This document shows positions 1-13,903 of a stretch of 64,000 bases of DNA, piece after piece. Source of the DNA: Oculina patagonica (lineage: Eukaryota); assembly GCF_052425735.1 (NCBI RefSeq), contig NC_135762.1:25916001-25980000 (forward strand), in the 5' to 3' direction. The notes beneath the pieces are model-generated. The model ran no database searches. It saw nothing but the letters and a program-made list of their open reading frames with translations, and was not told the origin of the DNA. How positions within the stretch are numbered: position 1 is the stretch's first letter; each line of letters begins with the position of its first letter. Position numbers and translations under genes: made by a program.

Positions 1-798
1 CTGAGCCAATGACAAAGAAATAATTTGTACGTAACCCATTCGTGAAAACATCTTAACTTTAATGTAGTGGCGACCTAGGGGCCAGTCTCTCCGTGGGCAT
101 TCCAAAAGATAGTCAACACCGGGTTGGTTTTAGGTTCGATAACATGACGCCCAGATAAAACAATAAAATAGAAGTTTTTGTCAGTACCTTTATTAAAGAC
201 TAAATTATTCTTACTCAGCAGAAATATTGAAAACAAGCACTCGGTCTGTTGTGGGCGATCAAACCGTGAACCGGATAATTTCACTTTCACAATCTTTCTT
301 CGTTTTTTGGTTCCAATACACATTACTACAGCATTTCATCTTATCCAAAATCAATTCTATAACTCAATAAAGAAGTGACTTGAAAAGTGATATATACATG
401 ATTATACATCTTGTAATTAATGTGCGTTAAATTACCCGGTGTCTTAGAAACATATGACCACGCAAAATTTAAACCGTGTTCGAAGACCCTCTTCGAACGA
501 AAAGATTATATGACTACGAACAGAGTTTTGAAATACAAAGTTTTTTTTACAATTCCACTGATTAGCCTATATTGTTGACTTTAAAACCGATGTTTTTGGT
601 TTACCTTGTAAACTTCTGCCCTTCCTAAAAAGCTCGTCTGGAGCAATATCAATGAGATTCTAAAATTACTTTGGCAACGTTTCACTAAGAATAATTGTTG
701 ACAAAAGAAGAGAATATTTCGGCATGTTATGTTACATCTACAGCTACAACTTGATCCTGGCCAAGTATCTTATCATACTGAGCTATTTGAGACGTTCA

Positions 799-967
799 CA
801 GGGACGTACATAGCGTGAGGGTGGGGGGGGGGGGAGCAGTTTCCCCCGCCAGGAAAATTAAAAAAAAAAAAAACTAAGAAAACTAAAGAAGAAAACTAAA
901 CTAAAAAAAGAAAACTAAAGGTGTGCGGAGTCTGCCCCTCTGACAAAAAATCCTAGGTGCGGCCCTA
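799..967. mobile_element. Short hAT-like MITE
   Basis: Imperfect terminal inverted repeats CAGGGACGTACATAG / CTAGGTGCGGCCCTA around poly-G and A-rich filler. Confidence 0.4.
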
Positions 968-1417
968 GGTCTGGTTCATAGCAATAAAAATTCCTTTAGC
1001 CACGACGAACTTGAGTACTTGAGTGCTTGATTATTATAAAGTTCCATACAGGGATCTTCAGATCGGAGTTCGAGTTCGAGATTAAGCACGAGTACGACTG
1101 CTTTCGTTTCTCATTTTACATCAATCTCGTATCCTTTGATAGTTTTCTTTTCAACTGGTCAGTAACAGGGAGGAGTGAGGGCTCTTGGAAAGTATCTAAA
1201 GATCCCTTCTTGGATGCAGACTATTTTTCACTTAATAAATTAACCATTTTTAATGGTAAAAGCCGTGGAATAAACTACTAACAAAGTCAGAAACACACAC
1301 TATCAAAATTTTCAAACAAGTTATCTCTACAAACTAACAGCTATTAAATGTAAAGGGAATTGCTGTAAAACAGTTTAAACAACTGTAAATAACTTAGGAT
1401 GATAAGAACACACGGAT

Positions 1418-4400
1418 TTAAAACAAGTTGTTCTTTGATGCAACCATGAGCAAAGCTGAGACGAACAGAAGCGTCAATGGGCTGCTGACGGACAGTCTTC
1501 CTTGACCTCCAACTGCAAAACAAAGATTAAAAGTTAAAAAGAACATTCTAAGTCCATTTCTCTTTTAAAAGTACTGTGCAAAAAGCAAGATTACCATGAA
1601 ATTCAGGTACCTTAATGAGTGAGTTATAAATTCTCTCACAACATAAAACTGATAATTATAGAGCAGTTTTCAGAAGAGCGATTTTCACTTGAGTGTCGAA
1701 GGTGGCTCACGTTGGATTTGGTGCTGGTTTTCATTACTTCGTTTGGTGATTGGTTGGAAAAACGTTCACCAATTTCTCGACCAATCAGAAGTTAAAGCAA
1801 AGCCAATACCGACTCACTCCAACACGTTTTCCCGCGCTTTCTGCCGGCTACATGTAATTGCTTCGAGTTTTTGATTGGTTCATTGGTTCGTCTTTGTCCT
1901 GCATGTGTGATCGCTATTGGCCACAGTGATAACTTTCGTTTTGGTTTCAAGACACTTGTTTGGGGGAGCAGGGATAGCGCAGTGGTGGGAGCGCGCGCTT
2001 CCCATCAATGTGGGCCGGGTTCGATTCCCGGAACCGGCGTCATATGTGGGTTGATTTTGTTGTTGGCTCTCGTCCTTGCTCCGAGTGTTTTTCTCCGGGT
2101 TCTCTTCTAACCCTACACTTTTTAATTTTAATATTAATTCGATTGGGATTTATGGGCCAAAATGACACCAGTAATTGTGTTCCCCTATAAAAGTCGGTTT
2201 TTAATACACACCTGCTTTAAAGGAGGCCTTAAATCCCTTATAGACTGTGGTAGCGTTGTTATTGCTAGCGAACTGTACCCAAACCATGTTTCCTTTGCTC
2301 TGCATGGAGCTCGGCTTTGAACTGCCACACAGACGTCCTGTCAGGATTGGACCGCGTGTTCCGATTTCTCGGATTTCAACATAGTCGTATTTGCATTTAT
2401 CACTCTGCTCCAGTTCAAAAGTGTCGAAGTCGATCTGGACCTGCTGTCCTTCAGGGACAATTAAGTACCATTGTTGTGCGAAACCGCTGGGATAGTTTTC
2501 GATGCCAACTTTTGGTGTTCCAAAATCAATGGTTTCATCTTCAGATGCATTCAGATAGGCCGCTACGCCACCTGTGTATAGATTAAAATAGGTTAGGTTA
2601 TTACATGATGTAAAGTTTAAATTGATTCCCAGGTTTTATCTACCTCTGACATATAAAGGGTCTATAAACTTCTTTTACAATTAGCCGCTTATTGTACATC
2701 ACTATCAAGAGGATCTGAAGCTGTGATGCTAGCGGTACTTATTCTCTTGTATAAAAAAGTGTAGACTATTCACAGTCCCCTATTAATTTTTCTGTGAAGT
2801 CGTAGAGATTGAGCGTTGAGCTCGACCGGCCGCCATCTTGGTTCCTGAATGGAAGCGAAAACTGGGAAGAGTACAAAATGCACGTGGGTCTCCCCGCTTT
2901 TCGCTCGCGTTCAGTAACCAACGTGGCGGCCAGTCGAACACAACGATCGATCTCCACGACTTCAGGAGCGACTTCACGGAAAAATAGGGGACTGTGAACT
3001 GTTTAAAAATGTGTGGCCATTAGCGATTAATGCCCAAACCCCCTGTTTAAGTGCACTTTTTAAAAAGCGGGAAAGTTTTTGTTCTTTACTCATTCATTTG
3101 TCGACATGGGGCACTGAGAACAATTCGTGGTTTTTATTTGATGTCATCTTAAAATTTCAAATTTTTAATCTTACCATAGTTAGTAGAGGGAGACCTCTAC
3201 TAACTATGATCTTACAAAGCTATTCTGTTATATGTTGTAAAATTGAAAAACACAAATCTCTATACAAATTTTGCTATCGACTCAGTTCTTTGTTTCAGAA
3301 GTAAAAATGTTTTCCATTTACGATGACTCGGGTGAACGTGTTTGTAAATTGTCACAAAACGGATATTTTTATTTAAATTTTAAATTTTCAAACCTGATAA
3401 AGATTTAGAAGTAATAGCAAAAAAGCTACAAACTCGACCCGTCAGATATTGATAGTAGAATCAACATTATTTCGTGTTTATTTTTATGGCGGTCATATTG
3501 GTGCCCCCAAAAAGGACAGCAATATGGCGACTGCGAAATAATCACTGTAATTTTCCTGAGACTATTTTTGCAATAACTCGACTGAAAACGCTACAAAAAT
3601 ATATATGGACAAAACATTCCTCTCTGTCTACTCCACAGCCTATTACTTTTCTAGCAACCAAAAAATGTTCGTAACTCTGATGAAAACCACCAATTCTTTA
3701 ACTTACCACTCTGAGACTCAGCGATAAAGGAAAAGTTGAATCCTTTGCGATGAACAGTGTCATCCGACACAAAACGAACGTACATCGTCGTTTCAGATTT
3801 ATCATCTCCTGCTGGTCTTCCCAAACGGCGTAGATATTCTAAATACCTGTCGCTGAATCGTCCACAGGATTTACCAAAGGCTAAAAAATTGTACGAGGAA
3901 CCTTTTTGGATGTTGATACCATCACACTCACAATTTTTGCATATTTCCATGTCGAACCTTGAAACAAAAATAAAATAACACTGATGTTATCCCTGCATAC
4001 TTACGGCAGAACATAAACCTACATATCTCTGTATTGTCATCAGCACTTATATTGAGCAATTATATTAAAGCGAACTATAAGCGAATAGCGAATATATTTT
4101 TATCAATTAGATTATGAGCTCGAGATTTCTGGGTCGCCCACTACCTCTCGGAACGAGTTAATTCATTGGTTCTTAAAACAATAGATAACAGGTGACAACA
4201 ATGCCCCTAGCCCTGAATAACAATAGAGGTAGTGTTTACAGGGGGCGAATGAAAATAGAGGTTCCAGAGAAGTCATGTCTTACTGAGATTTCTATGAGGT
4301 GATTGTTGATGCCGCCGAAGGCCGAATCAACTAACACCTCAGAGCGAACAACGCAGTCGGTCACTGGTTATGCTTATGAACAGCTGCCCACAAGTTGCTT

Positions 4401-7400
4401 GAAAATTCCCAAAGAGTTGCTAGAAAGTTGCTCCAATGAAAAAATTCCAAAAAGTTGCTTTTCATTAAAAATGTTGCTCGAAAGGTGCTCCAAAAAATCC
4501 AAAACGTCCAAATCCAAACGATTTCTCCAAATGTATGCTAATTTTACCTCTGACGGGAAGATTTCTAAGCACTTTCACGCAATTTTACTGCAACAGAAGT
4601 ATATAAATTATATTTAAAGGCCAAAGTTTGTTACAAGATTTCTTTCCCTGAGAAAAACTGTGAAGATATCGATTACTCCGTGAATTGTTTTAATGCAAAC
4701 TGAACCGAAAGCTGAAACATCTGCGGATCTCCCCCGAAGATCTTCGGGAGACTTCGTTAATTTTCTTAAAAGTTCGACAAATGTTCTGAAACCTACGTAT
4801 GGCCTGTGAACAGCACTTGGACAATCCTCGGAATATCTTCAGTCTAAAAAAAATTTCAGAATGCAAAAATGTACTCGAGAGGAAAAAGCCTCAATTGCGG
4901 TTGCAAGACTGCACAAAAATCCTAGTTTCAAGTACTCCACGAAACAAAACGCATATGCATAAGCAAAATTCTTAAGGTCAAAATATTATTTACCAGTAAC
5001 GAGTATTTGCGATCTAATTTGGCGATCCTTTGCTAGCCTTTGTTTTTTTGTTTTATCGCAGTTCTAGCTGCTTTTGACTATAAATGCAGTAAAATAACCA
5101 CGTTAGTGCCTTTTTAAAAATTGGTACCGCAGAAAACTTACCTGTCGTAAATATAGTATATACCATCGTAAGTATCGGGAACTTCAATCTTCCAACATTT
5201 TGTTACGTTTATACCATAATCTCCTGAGGTGGGATAGGCCAGAACACCACTTGAAGCTGTTATGTTAGTAATACCATTCGGGCAAACTGTGTTGAATACA
5301 AACAATATAAAATCATTCTCAGTGCTAGTTTTTGCAACTTAGTTTAACAAATCACGCAACCACACTCATTAAGTAATGATCTCCAAGTGAGCCGTGAGCT
5401 GGAAAACTCAATCAAATTGAAACCAAATAATTGCTACTTAACAATTAATATAATGTTAGAATAAGTTTGACCTACTAATATATTAAAAATTAAATTAATA
5501 TAGTTAAAGTTGAGAGATTATATTTTATACCAAACCATGCAAGATGCCCGTTATAATCTTTCATTTCCTAACTCTCCCTAGTCCCTTCTCGTTTTTACTT
5601 GGGTTTAGATTCACGGAACTTACTTGAGTCACAGGTGCCTTTTCCAATGAGAAGCGCCAGACCTGCAAGAAAATGATAATGATGAGAATTCTAAATTGAT
5701 AAATTACAGATAGACAGAGACTGACGGAGAGATAGACGACAGACAGAGCAGTCAGACAGAGCAGAAAGAGACAGACAGACACGTTCCAGTAAATCAATGA
5801 TAATAAAACTTTGGAATTATTCTTTTTTGCATAAGAGAGTATTCGTGATGAAAGTTTAAAGAAAATCTATCGAGCAGTTTTAAAGAATTTTCAAAAAGCG
5901 CTTAAAACCGAAAATAACCAAAAAATTACAAAATGTTTCGAGTGTAACCTTTTTTTAACGGAGATTGAACATAAAATTTGATTTAATTTTTTTTTTTTAA
6001 TTTGCAAAAATCGCGCCATCGAGTCCATATTTTTTTCTGAAACCTTGCGGATCTAGGACAGCTCTTATATTTCAGCGAAATTAAGGCGCCGAAATTATCT
6101 AAAACACAGCATAATTTTTTGCCGTTACCAAAGCAAATAGTATTTTAATTGGCTGATTCTCAAACTTGAAACTCGTTCCCAATTTGCAAGTTAATTGGAA
6201 AACTAAAAACTTGGCGGTTTTTGTAAATTAATAGTTTACTGAAGCAGAATCTTTTTGTTTTTTAGATACGCCACCCCCTGGTGCTTGTACTTGTGTTTGG
6301 CTCGTTTCACCTCTTTTTAGTTATGTGTCTTTGGAATGAGATACGCCACGATCAATTCCTGCCGATTTCTTGATGACATATCGGCACGCAGAAATTCTAT
6401 CCATTTCCGAACGCGCGAATTAAGCCAAAGAAAAGATTTATGGGGTACATTAATATAACGTTCGTTTCTCCACGTAGTGTTAGGACGGTGCTAAACGCCT
6501 TAAAATTGACTCGGTGACTTGTTACGTGAGTGTTTATTAACAGTTTTTGTTTAACACGCTGAGAAAAAAATGCAAATAAACGCGAAATGCCCGACTCGAG
6601 GGAGATTTCAAAGATTTCAGTTGTTGATATAATATACTGTGGAATTAGATAGGCTTAGTTGATTTCATACGTTTTATTTCGATTATATCAGAAGCTAAGG
6701 CGGAAAATGTTACACTCTGGTAATTAAAAGGCGGTTAGGAACTGCCTAGGAGGTTGGTTTATAATACAGTCTGTAAATTCTTCTTTGACTCGGGCCAAAT
6801 CCTTAAACGAAATTTCACTTGATCGCTGCTCAGTTAAAAACGAACAAAAAATTTAATGAGAAAATCCAGGCCGAATATATAAAAAATAAAACTGAGTATT
6901 TAGTAAGAATAAATTTCTTGACACGAGTTCTTTCGCATGAATTAACTTTGACTCTCGCAAAGCCACTGTCGATAGTAACACTCAATGTTTCCTTGTGTGA
7001 TAAAAAAGATCACTATTTAATACTTACCAAGAACAGTTAAAATGAATTTCTCTCGCTCAATCAAACTCATATTAGGACTTCTTCAAATTAAAGTCTCTCC
7101 GGCTTCCTAACAACAGCGCTAGGGCTAATGGTCGACAGGCAAACAAAAGTGTAGTGGATGCTTGTTTCAAATTGACTTTATATGTTAACTGTTGCTAAGG
7201 GTGGAACAATGCTCGTGCATGCGCTAGGTCACGCAAGCAAGTCGTGCTGTTTTGACTTGTTACTATGGAAACAACGGAAAATATTGCGATATAAATTAGA
7301 TATAAAATTGATTCTTCATTTCTCTAGCACATGTGCCGTACAGTTATTTTGGTACAGTTATTTGGACGCCAGAACTTTTTAAGAAGTCGGCTAAACAGCT

Positions 7401-9819
7401 TTGACTGAACAAACTTCCAACTGCCCTATATCTCTGACTCTACGCTATATTTTGCAATAGTTCGATGCTTTTAGCGTGCGAGGAACGTTGTAGTTAGCCC
7501 CTCGGGCAATTATCTCCTTCATAGATAAACAGTTTTTAAAAAATACATTTAATCTGCTAGGCAAGGATGAATGTTGGCAAAAGTGTCAGTGTTTTCTTTG
7601 TATTGTAGTTTAGAAAACGAGACAACTCCAAAATCGAAAAATAAATACATAAATGCAACTCAATTTATCATTGTCTTGCCAAAATTGAAATTTACCCTCA
7701 GGCTTGCTGATATTCAAATGGAATTTTCGTAAGGCCTGAATGGACTGACCAATATTAGTATTTTTATCTGACTGACAGTCCATTGAAAATCGGTTGTCTG
7801 GCCTAAACAATTGAAGCCGGCGAAAGCAAGCAAAAGCCACATCTTTAACAGACAGTTCAGCGCTAGTAACATCACAAGCGGGTAAGCAAACAAAATAAAG
7901 TGCTACGTATTTTAAGTTGTCTCACAATGTCTCACATAATGTTTAATGTCTTACAGTGTTTGTTTGTTTGTTTGTTTTTTGATGTAGGTAGCATTATTTA
8001 CGACCGCCTTCGAGTGCTATTTTCTAATGCCATAAGACTGTCGAAAGAGTTAATTTTTTATATTATTTGCCACTGGCTTCTAGCCTCAGGGCTGTTAGGA
8101 ACAAAAAACAATTCAACAGAAGAACAAAATTTTAAAAAGGCTGAAAAAGACGCTAGGTAAACTTAAATTGCACAACACAAATCCTTATATTTTGCAGTCT
8201 CGGCCAGCCCCCGTGATGCAATCGACTCTTAGCGCGAAAAAGGGAATACGAGCAAGCGCTGTGACACGAGCAATACCCTCTGTTTACGGTTAACCAACCT
8301 TGATGTGGCATTCACTGTGCATTTATTTAGTATATTAATCTACTAACATAGTATTTAAATGTCAAGAAAGTGATAATTTCTGAACCCATATAAATGAATC
8401 AAAATCCGCAAATTCGCAAAGCAGATTTAGGGATAACTACTTTAATAATTTTGGAGAGATATATAGGATAAATGTCCTTAAAATTTTTGCGACAAAGGAT
8501 AACCGACGCTACCTAATGGAGCCTCGTTGCTCGTACTGCAAAAAAGTTTTCCGAAAATTGATAAATTGTTGCCAAGTGCAATATTTGTAATAAGGAACTA
8601 TATATACTTGACAGACGCGAGTGTTTCCATTCTGCGATGTGGTGCTCTCACCCTTTGAATCACGCCCGACGACAATTCAGACACATACATCGAACGGAAC
8701 GCCCGTGTACTTGAAAGGCGCTCAAGTAAGTTACGTTACAGTATTTGGGCAGTTAGCAGCGACTAAACTTAAAATACTTAACTGACAGGAAGGATTTCAG
8801 GATTTCAGTTGTCTATTTAAGGACAGCCGATATGTATGAACAGTGGGTGTTCTTAGCAGAGCATTTTAACTGTTCAGCAAACTGTAAATATTTATGTCAC
8901 TCGACTTCGAACGTTTGAGCTCGTTTACATCCAAAGCTAAAGCAAAGCAATTAAAGGAAGCTGCAATCAAGGAAATGACAAAGAAAAAACGTTGATAATC
9001 TGGCTTGTAAATTTTTATTCGAGGTACTTTGTGTATCTGAAAAACGATCGATAAAAAACACTTTCGGTCAGTAGTGACTAGGCGAGCAAATTTGCGCACA
9101 CGTTTTTGTCGGAAAAACGACGAAAAACTGGAATTTTATACTATCTTTTTTAAAATTTTTAACATTGAATAAATATATATTAAGTATAATATTTAGTATA
9201 CAAAAACTGAAACTTCGATATAAACAAATTAAAAATTATGAGAAGGGATTGTTTTGGCGACCGTTGGTTACTTCGCAATTAACATATACGGCGTCAAATC
9301 AAGCGAGAAATGTATATGGGTCTAACGACCTCTAACGAAAACCAAACAGATTTTTTTGTGTGTTGTGTGAATTCGTGTGAAGTTGAAGCTTGGAGCTCGA
9401 GTTGTAATCTGCTTCTGTAATGTCACTGACAAAATTGAAATACCCCCTCTTTCAGTTGAAAAGTGGCCTTTTGACGAGAAACGATCTTTCGAATTTTTGT
9501 CCGCATGTGGCCATGTTTGATTTCGCTATTATTTCAGAGTCTGATGGAAAGTAAAAGGTCAATTGTTTCGTTCCTTAACTCTCCCAAACGAAAAAAGCAA
9601 AAAATCAAGGATCAAGAATAAAATCAAGGTAGAATTTTGTGAGTTTAAGTTCCGCGTTAAATGAATAAATAATTATTAAGACCACGCCATACTGAGCAAT
9701 GTTAACCAATTCGCTACATGTGCGATATTTACGTGATTATTATAGTAAAAACACGGTCAATAGTACATACCAAGAACAGCCGCAACTGAAATAAATTGGG
9801 TTCGTTCAATCAAACGCAT
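1418..9819 (-). CDS. Secreted/GPI-anchored tandem CUB-domain protein, paralogue 1 (~310-312 aa)
   Basis: Exons (minus): 9819-9771 (MRLIERTQFISVAAVLG) or alternative 7070-7028 (MSLIEREKFILTVLG), 5662-5624, 5286-5142, 3957-3707, 2571-2212, 1512-1418. All are GT-AG and stay in frame. CUB motifs CWKIEVP, FDME..C..D, CG, YVRFVSDDTVHRKGF, QIDFDTFELEQS.KC.YDYVE, VWVQF.S...VYKGFKASF. Hydrophobic C-terminus PLTLLFVSALLMVASKNNLF*. Confidence 0.88.
1962..2105 (+). mobile_element. tRNA-derived SINE (3'-truncated)
   Basis: A-box-like TAGCGCAGTGG and B-box GGTTCGATTCC, followed by a body homologous to the copy at 58029-58268. Confidence 0.8.
2765..3002. mobile_element. MITE
   Basis: TIR TTCACAGTCCCCTATT ... 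AATAGGGGACTGTGAA with further internal inverted symmetry. Confidence 0.7.
7177..7182 (-). promoter_or_regulatory. TATA box of the proximal first exon of CUB paralogue 1
   Basis: TATAAA on the minus strand 107 nt upstream of the ATG at 7070. Confidence 0.45.
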
Positions 9820-9904
9820 TGTTCTTCAACTGAAAGGCTTTCGTCGTGGACTCTCTGCAAAAACAGCACTGTAGCAAGCGATGAAGAGTCTCAAGGTTGA
9901 CTGA

Positions 9905-9912
9905 CTATATAA
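9905..9912 (-). promoter_or_regulatory. TATA-like box of the distal first exon of CUB paralogue 1
   Basis: TATATAG ~87 nt upstream of the ATG at 9819. The equivalent motif is at 20201-20207 in paralogue 2 and ~30709-30718 in paralogue 3. Confidence 0.5.
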
Positions 9913-11149
9913 GGAAACTGTTGCTAAGCGATTCCTTACAAATAAACACTTAATTGGGAAGTTTGACCTCGCTTCGATAATCTTGTTCTTTATGTTTAGC
10001 TGTAACTGAATTTAATGTATCTTCGAGTCTCGTAGCATTTAATAGCATATAGCGTGATTCGCCTAGCTTAACAATGTTTGATTCGGCAAGATCACGCGAA
10101 CAAAATCGTGTTAATTTCAGCTGCTGTTACTAATGGCAACAACTGGCAAACTTTGCCTCAGGCATAGCGGTTCAATTTGCATACAAAATTAAATTTCTTT
10201 TCGCTCCTCTCATGCCGCGAAGCGTAAAGGCCTATTCTTATGGATATTGACTAGATGCAGAAACTTCGAATTCTTGGGGAGTCGATTAAACGACCTCGAA
10301 ACTCTCTGAACGCTCTTTTAATTTGAAGATTATATGTCGCTAACGCTATTTTTACGCCCTTATAGTTGCATGTTCGATGCTTTTCTTTGTCTTTTGAGAC
10401 ATAAAGGAAAACGTATTTATGTATTCGTTATGCCTCGAGCAAATGCCATTTACTCAAATATCCATAAATCGATAAGACGATAAACATGATTTTGGTAACA
10501 CATAAATGGACCGATTCTTTAATAACGTAACACTATGACAGAGAAACAGTCCATAAGTTAATCCACCACAAAAAATGAGAAAAGATATAACTGAAATAAC
10601 TCTATGGTCTATCAAAACTAGACCGCTGTTGAAATAACTCTATGGTCTATTAATCTTGAATTTTTTGTGTTGAAGAGCACTGCTTATTTACGATATGCAG
10701 TGTCACTTTCAAGAGTTAATTTTTTATTTTCAATATTTGTCATTCGCTAAAATGCAACTTTAATAAAGCCACAGTACTGTCAAAAGAAACAAAACAACAG
10801 AAAACAACATTTAAAGCGTTATATCAACTTTATTTCCTTTCTACATATTTTTACAAATCTTTATATTTTGCTATCCAGGTCCGCGCTTGGCGCGGGAAAA
10901 CGTACCTGAGCAACCTTAGCTGTTCCATGATTGGCCTACGTTTGTTGATAAATATTACAGCTGCTCTAGCTAATTGGTTAGAACACTTACGTGCAGCTTT
11001 TTCGAGCAATCTTTAAAAGAGATTTGGAAATGCAAAACCAAAACAAATACATGCAACACCTCCTTAGCCGGGTTGTTCGAAAGCCGACTAATACTAATCC
11101 AGGATAAAAAGTTGAACGACGTTTCATTTCTCTTATATAAATGCATCAA

Positions 11150-11150
11150 T

Positions 11151-11183
<33 letters not shown>

Positions 11184-11222
11184 GAGACAGACAGAGAGAC
11201 AGGCAGTTACACAAACAGACGA

Positions 11223-11261
<39 letters not shown>

Positions 11262-11267
11262 GGTAGT

Positions 11268-11299
<32 letters not shown>

Positions 11300-11450
11300 T
11301 AGGCAGACGGGCTGATAGAGCCAGAAAGGTAGACAGCGAGGCAGACAGCAGATAAACAAACAGACGGAAAGACAGTCAGACGGAGAAATAGAGGGGTAGT
11401 GGCAGTCAGACAGACAGTCATTCAGTAGGTTAGAAAGACAGACAGAACAA
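11150..11450. repeat. (GACA)n microsatellite, degenerate
   Basis: Direct reading; paralogous tract at 22360-22620. Confidence 0.95.
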
Positions 11451-11864
11451 AATAAACAAGGAATTCTGAAGTGCAAAGTAAAATTAAACATTAAAATTTC
11501 GGCCTAATTATATTATTTGAAATCAATTATTTTGTGAAAAAAATTCATGGCGGCTATGAGTTTTGTGTCACTTGCCATGCCTTAATTGCAAGGACTACTG
11601 TGTCGACACCTAACGTTGTCTTACAGTGAAATTGCCCCAGTAGTAGTAGAGAGCGGCTGGTCAAATTTCGCCAAAAATGGATTTTGTTTGTATCTGACAT
11701 GTGCTCACGCAGGTACGTACGAAGAGCAATTGATTATTAAATTTTCTTATCGATAAAGCTCGATCGAGCATGCACAGTGCATAAGGTGTAAATGCTATGT
11801 ATAAATTGAAGTCAATGTTTGCTGTTCACACTTCTGTGAGTGAATGGAACACACGTGGACGAAC

Positions 11865-13868
11865 TTAAAACAAGCTGTTCTTCGATGCAAACGTGAGCAA
11901 AGCTGAGACGAACAGAAGCGTCAATGGGTTGCTGACGGACAGTCTTCCCTGACCTCCAACTGAAAAATAAAGAAAATAAATTAGAAAGATAATTCTGCAT
12001 CCGTTGTCCTTCTTTTAAAATGCATTTTTAACACAAAAGAATTTTAAAGAAGAGCTCTGAGAGTGAAATGTGTTGTGTTCACGAATGCAACTTCCCAGGG
12101 AGGATGAGGGGGGGGGGGGGGGAGGTAGGTACTTTTTATAGTACTTATTGTAGTGAACTACACCTCTTATAACATGCATTTTAAAACACAACAGAAGAAT
12201 TTTAAAGAACACAAAATAATTTTAAAGAGGAGCTGTAAGAGTGAAGTGTCTTGTGTTCAAGAATGAAATCTCCCAGGGAGGATGGGGGGGGGGGGGGGGG
12301 GGGAGGAGCTACTTCTTATAGTACTTCTTGTACATGAAGTGAGCTACTATTCCTCTTCTAAAACTTTATTGAATAATCTCCCACCATTTCCGGGAGATGT
12401 AACTAGTGACCAACACCAGGGCTCGAACTCGGCCTGCCTGATCTGGAGTTCACCCCACTGACATTAAAAAGGTCACTACCATCTAAAATGCGCATGCGTA
12501 GTCCTGAGCGCCTGAACGGTGCTAATGAGCACACACCTGCTTTAAAGGAGGCCTTAAATCCCTTGTGGACCGTAGTAGCGTTGTTATTGCTTTCGAACCT
12601 CACCCACACCATGTTCCCTTTGCTCTGTATGGAGCTCGGCTTTGTAGTGCCACACAGGCGTCCGGTCAGGATTGGTCCACGGTATCCCTCGATGTCTGTT
12701 GGGTCATTATCATCAAAGTAGGCTTCCCGAAACTCAACATAGTCGTTTTTGCAGTTTTTACTCTGCTCCAGTTCGAAAATGTCGAAGTCGATCTGGACCT
12801 GCTGTCCTTCAGGGACGATCAAATACCACTGTTGTTCAAAATCTTTAGGATAGTTTTGGATGCCAACTTTTGGTGTTCCAAACTCAATGGTTTCATCTTC
12901 AGATGCATTCAGATAGGACTTTATGGACCCACCTGTGCATGGAATAAAAAAGGTTAAATGTTACTCAGGGCGCATCTTTTTTGAGACTATTCTGGCTATT
13001 CACATTCCGGTTTAGGAATAACAGAATACACCGAATATCAATTTCCAAAAGAACGCATATTGTGAACACGGAATACTGGTGGCGGAGGTGACCTGAGAAC
13101 TATTGTATCTGAGTACGCACGAGTTGCCAACGACCTCGGATGGCCGGCCGCGTTTGATTTCCCGCCAAAACTAAACCAAAAGAATGCATATTCTGCCTAT
13201 TCCGAGTAAACCGTATTCATTAAAGAAGATTTTTTTTTTTTTTTTTTTTTTGCCCCCCCTTCCATTCATTCCGTTCATTATGCTATCGGGAGCAGATATT
13301 CTAATCGGAGCAAAAGAATGCGCCCCTAATGGAAAGTGTTAATTGATTTCGATGTTTTTATAGCGACGTTAAAACCACTTTGAAAATTGCCCGCTTGTGG
13401 CAGATATCAAGACGATAGAAGCCTTCTTGCCAGCGTTACTTATTGACCCAAACCAAACGCTATACTTGAACGCCACGTTTCATGATCATCTTTGCGAATG
13501 TTTTACAGAGTCACTTTTGTCAGGAAAGGTTAAAGTTAAAGTTACAGAATCCCTTTTAGCAAGTCAATCGAGCAAGCAAAAAAGCAATCAATCAGTCAAT
13601 TAATCAGTCAATCAATCGGCAGTCAGTCAGTCAGTCAGTCAGTCAAGCAAGCAAGCAAGCTAGTAAGCACTCTCACNNNNNNNNNNNNNNNNNNNNNNNN
13701 NNNNNNNNNNNNNNNNNNNNNNNNNNNNNNNNNNNNNNNNNNNNNNNNNNNNNNNNNNNNNNNNNNNNNNNNNNNNNNNNNNNNNNNNNNNNNNNNNNNN
13801 NNNNNNNNNNNNNNNNNNNNNNNNNNNNNNNNNNNNNNNNNNNNNNCCAACCAACTAACCAACCAACA

Positions 13869-13903
<35 letters not shown>

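Larger units (their letters stand above)
8690..11960. repeat. Segmental duplication of the inter-CUB spacer (copy A; copy B ~18980-23550)
   Basis: Long collinear high-similarity blocks (e.g. 8866-9099 vs 19177-19569, 9700-10250 vs 20000-20550, GACA microsatellite, last exon) that differ mainly by MITE insertions. Confidence 0.9.

Noticed and set aside
1962-2040. tRNA gene
   Set aside because: The tRNA-like head continues into a repeat body shared with 58029-58268, so it is a SINE.
10974-11491. ORFs rich in TDRQ / SVCL
   Set aside because: Translations of the (GACA)n microsatellite; the same applies at 22287-22624 and 63802-63996.
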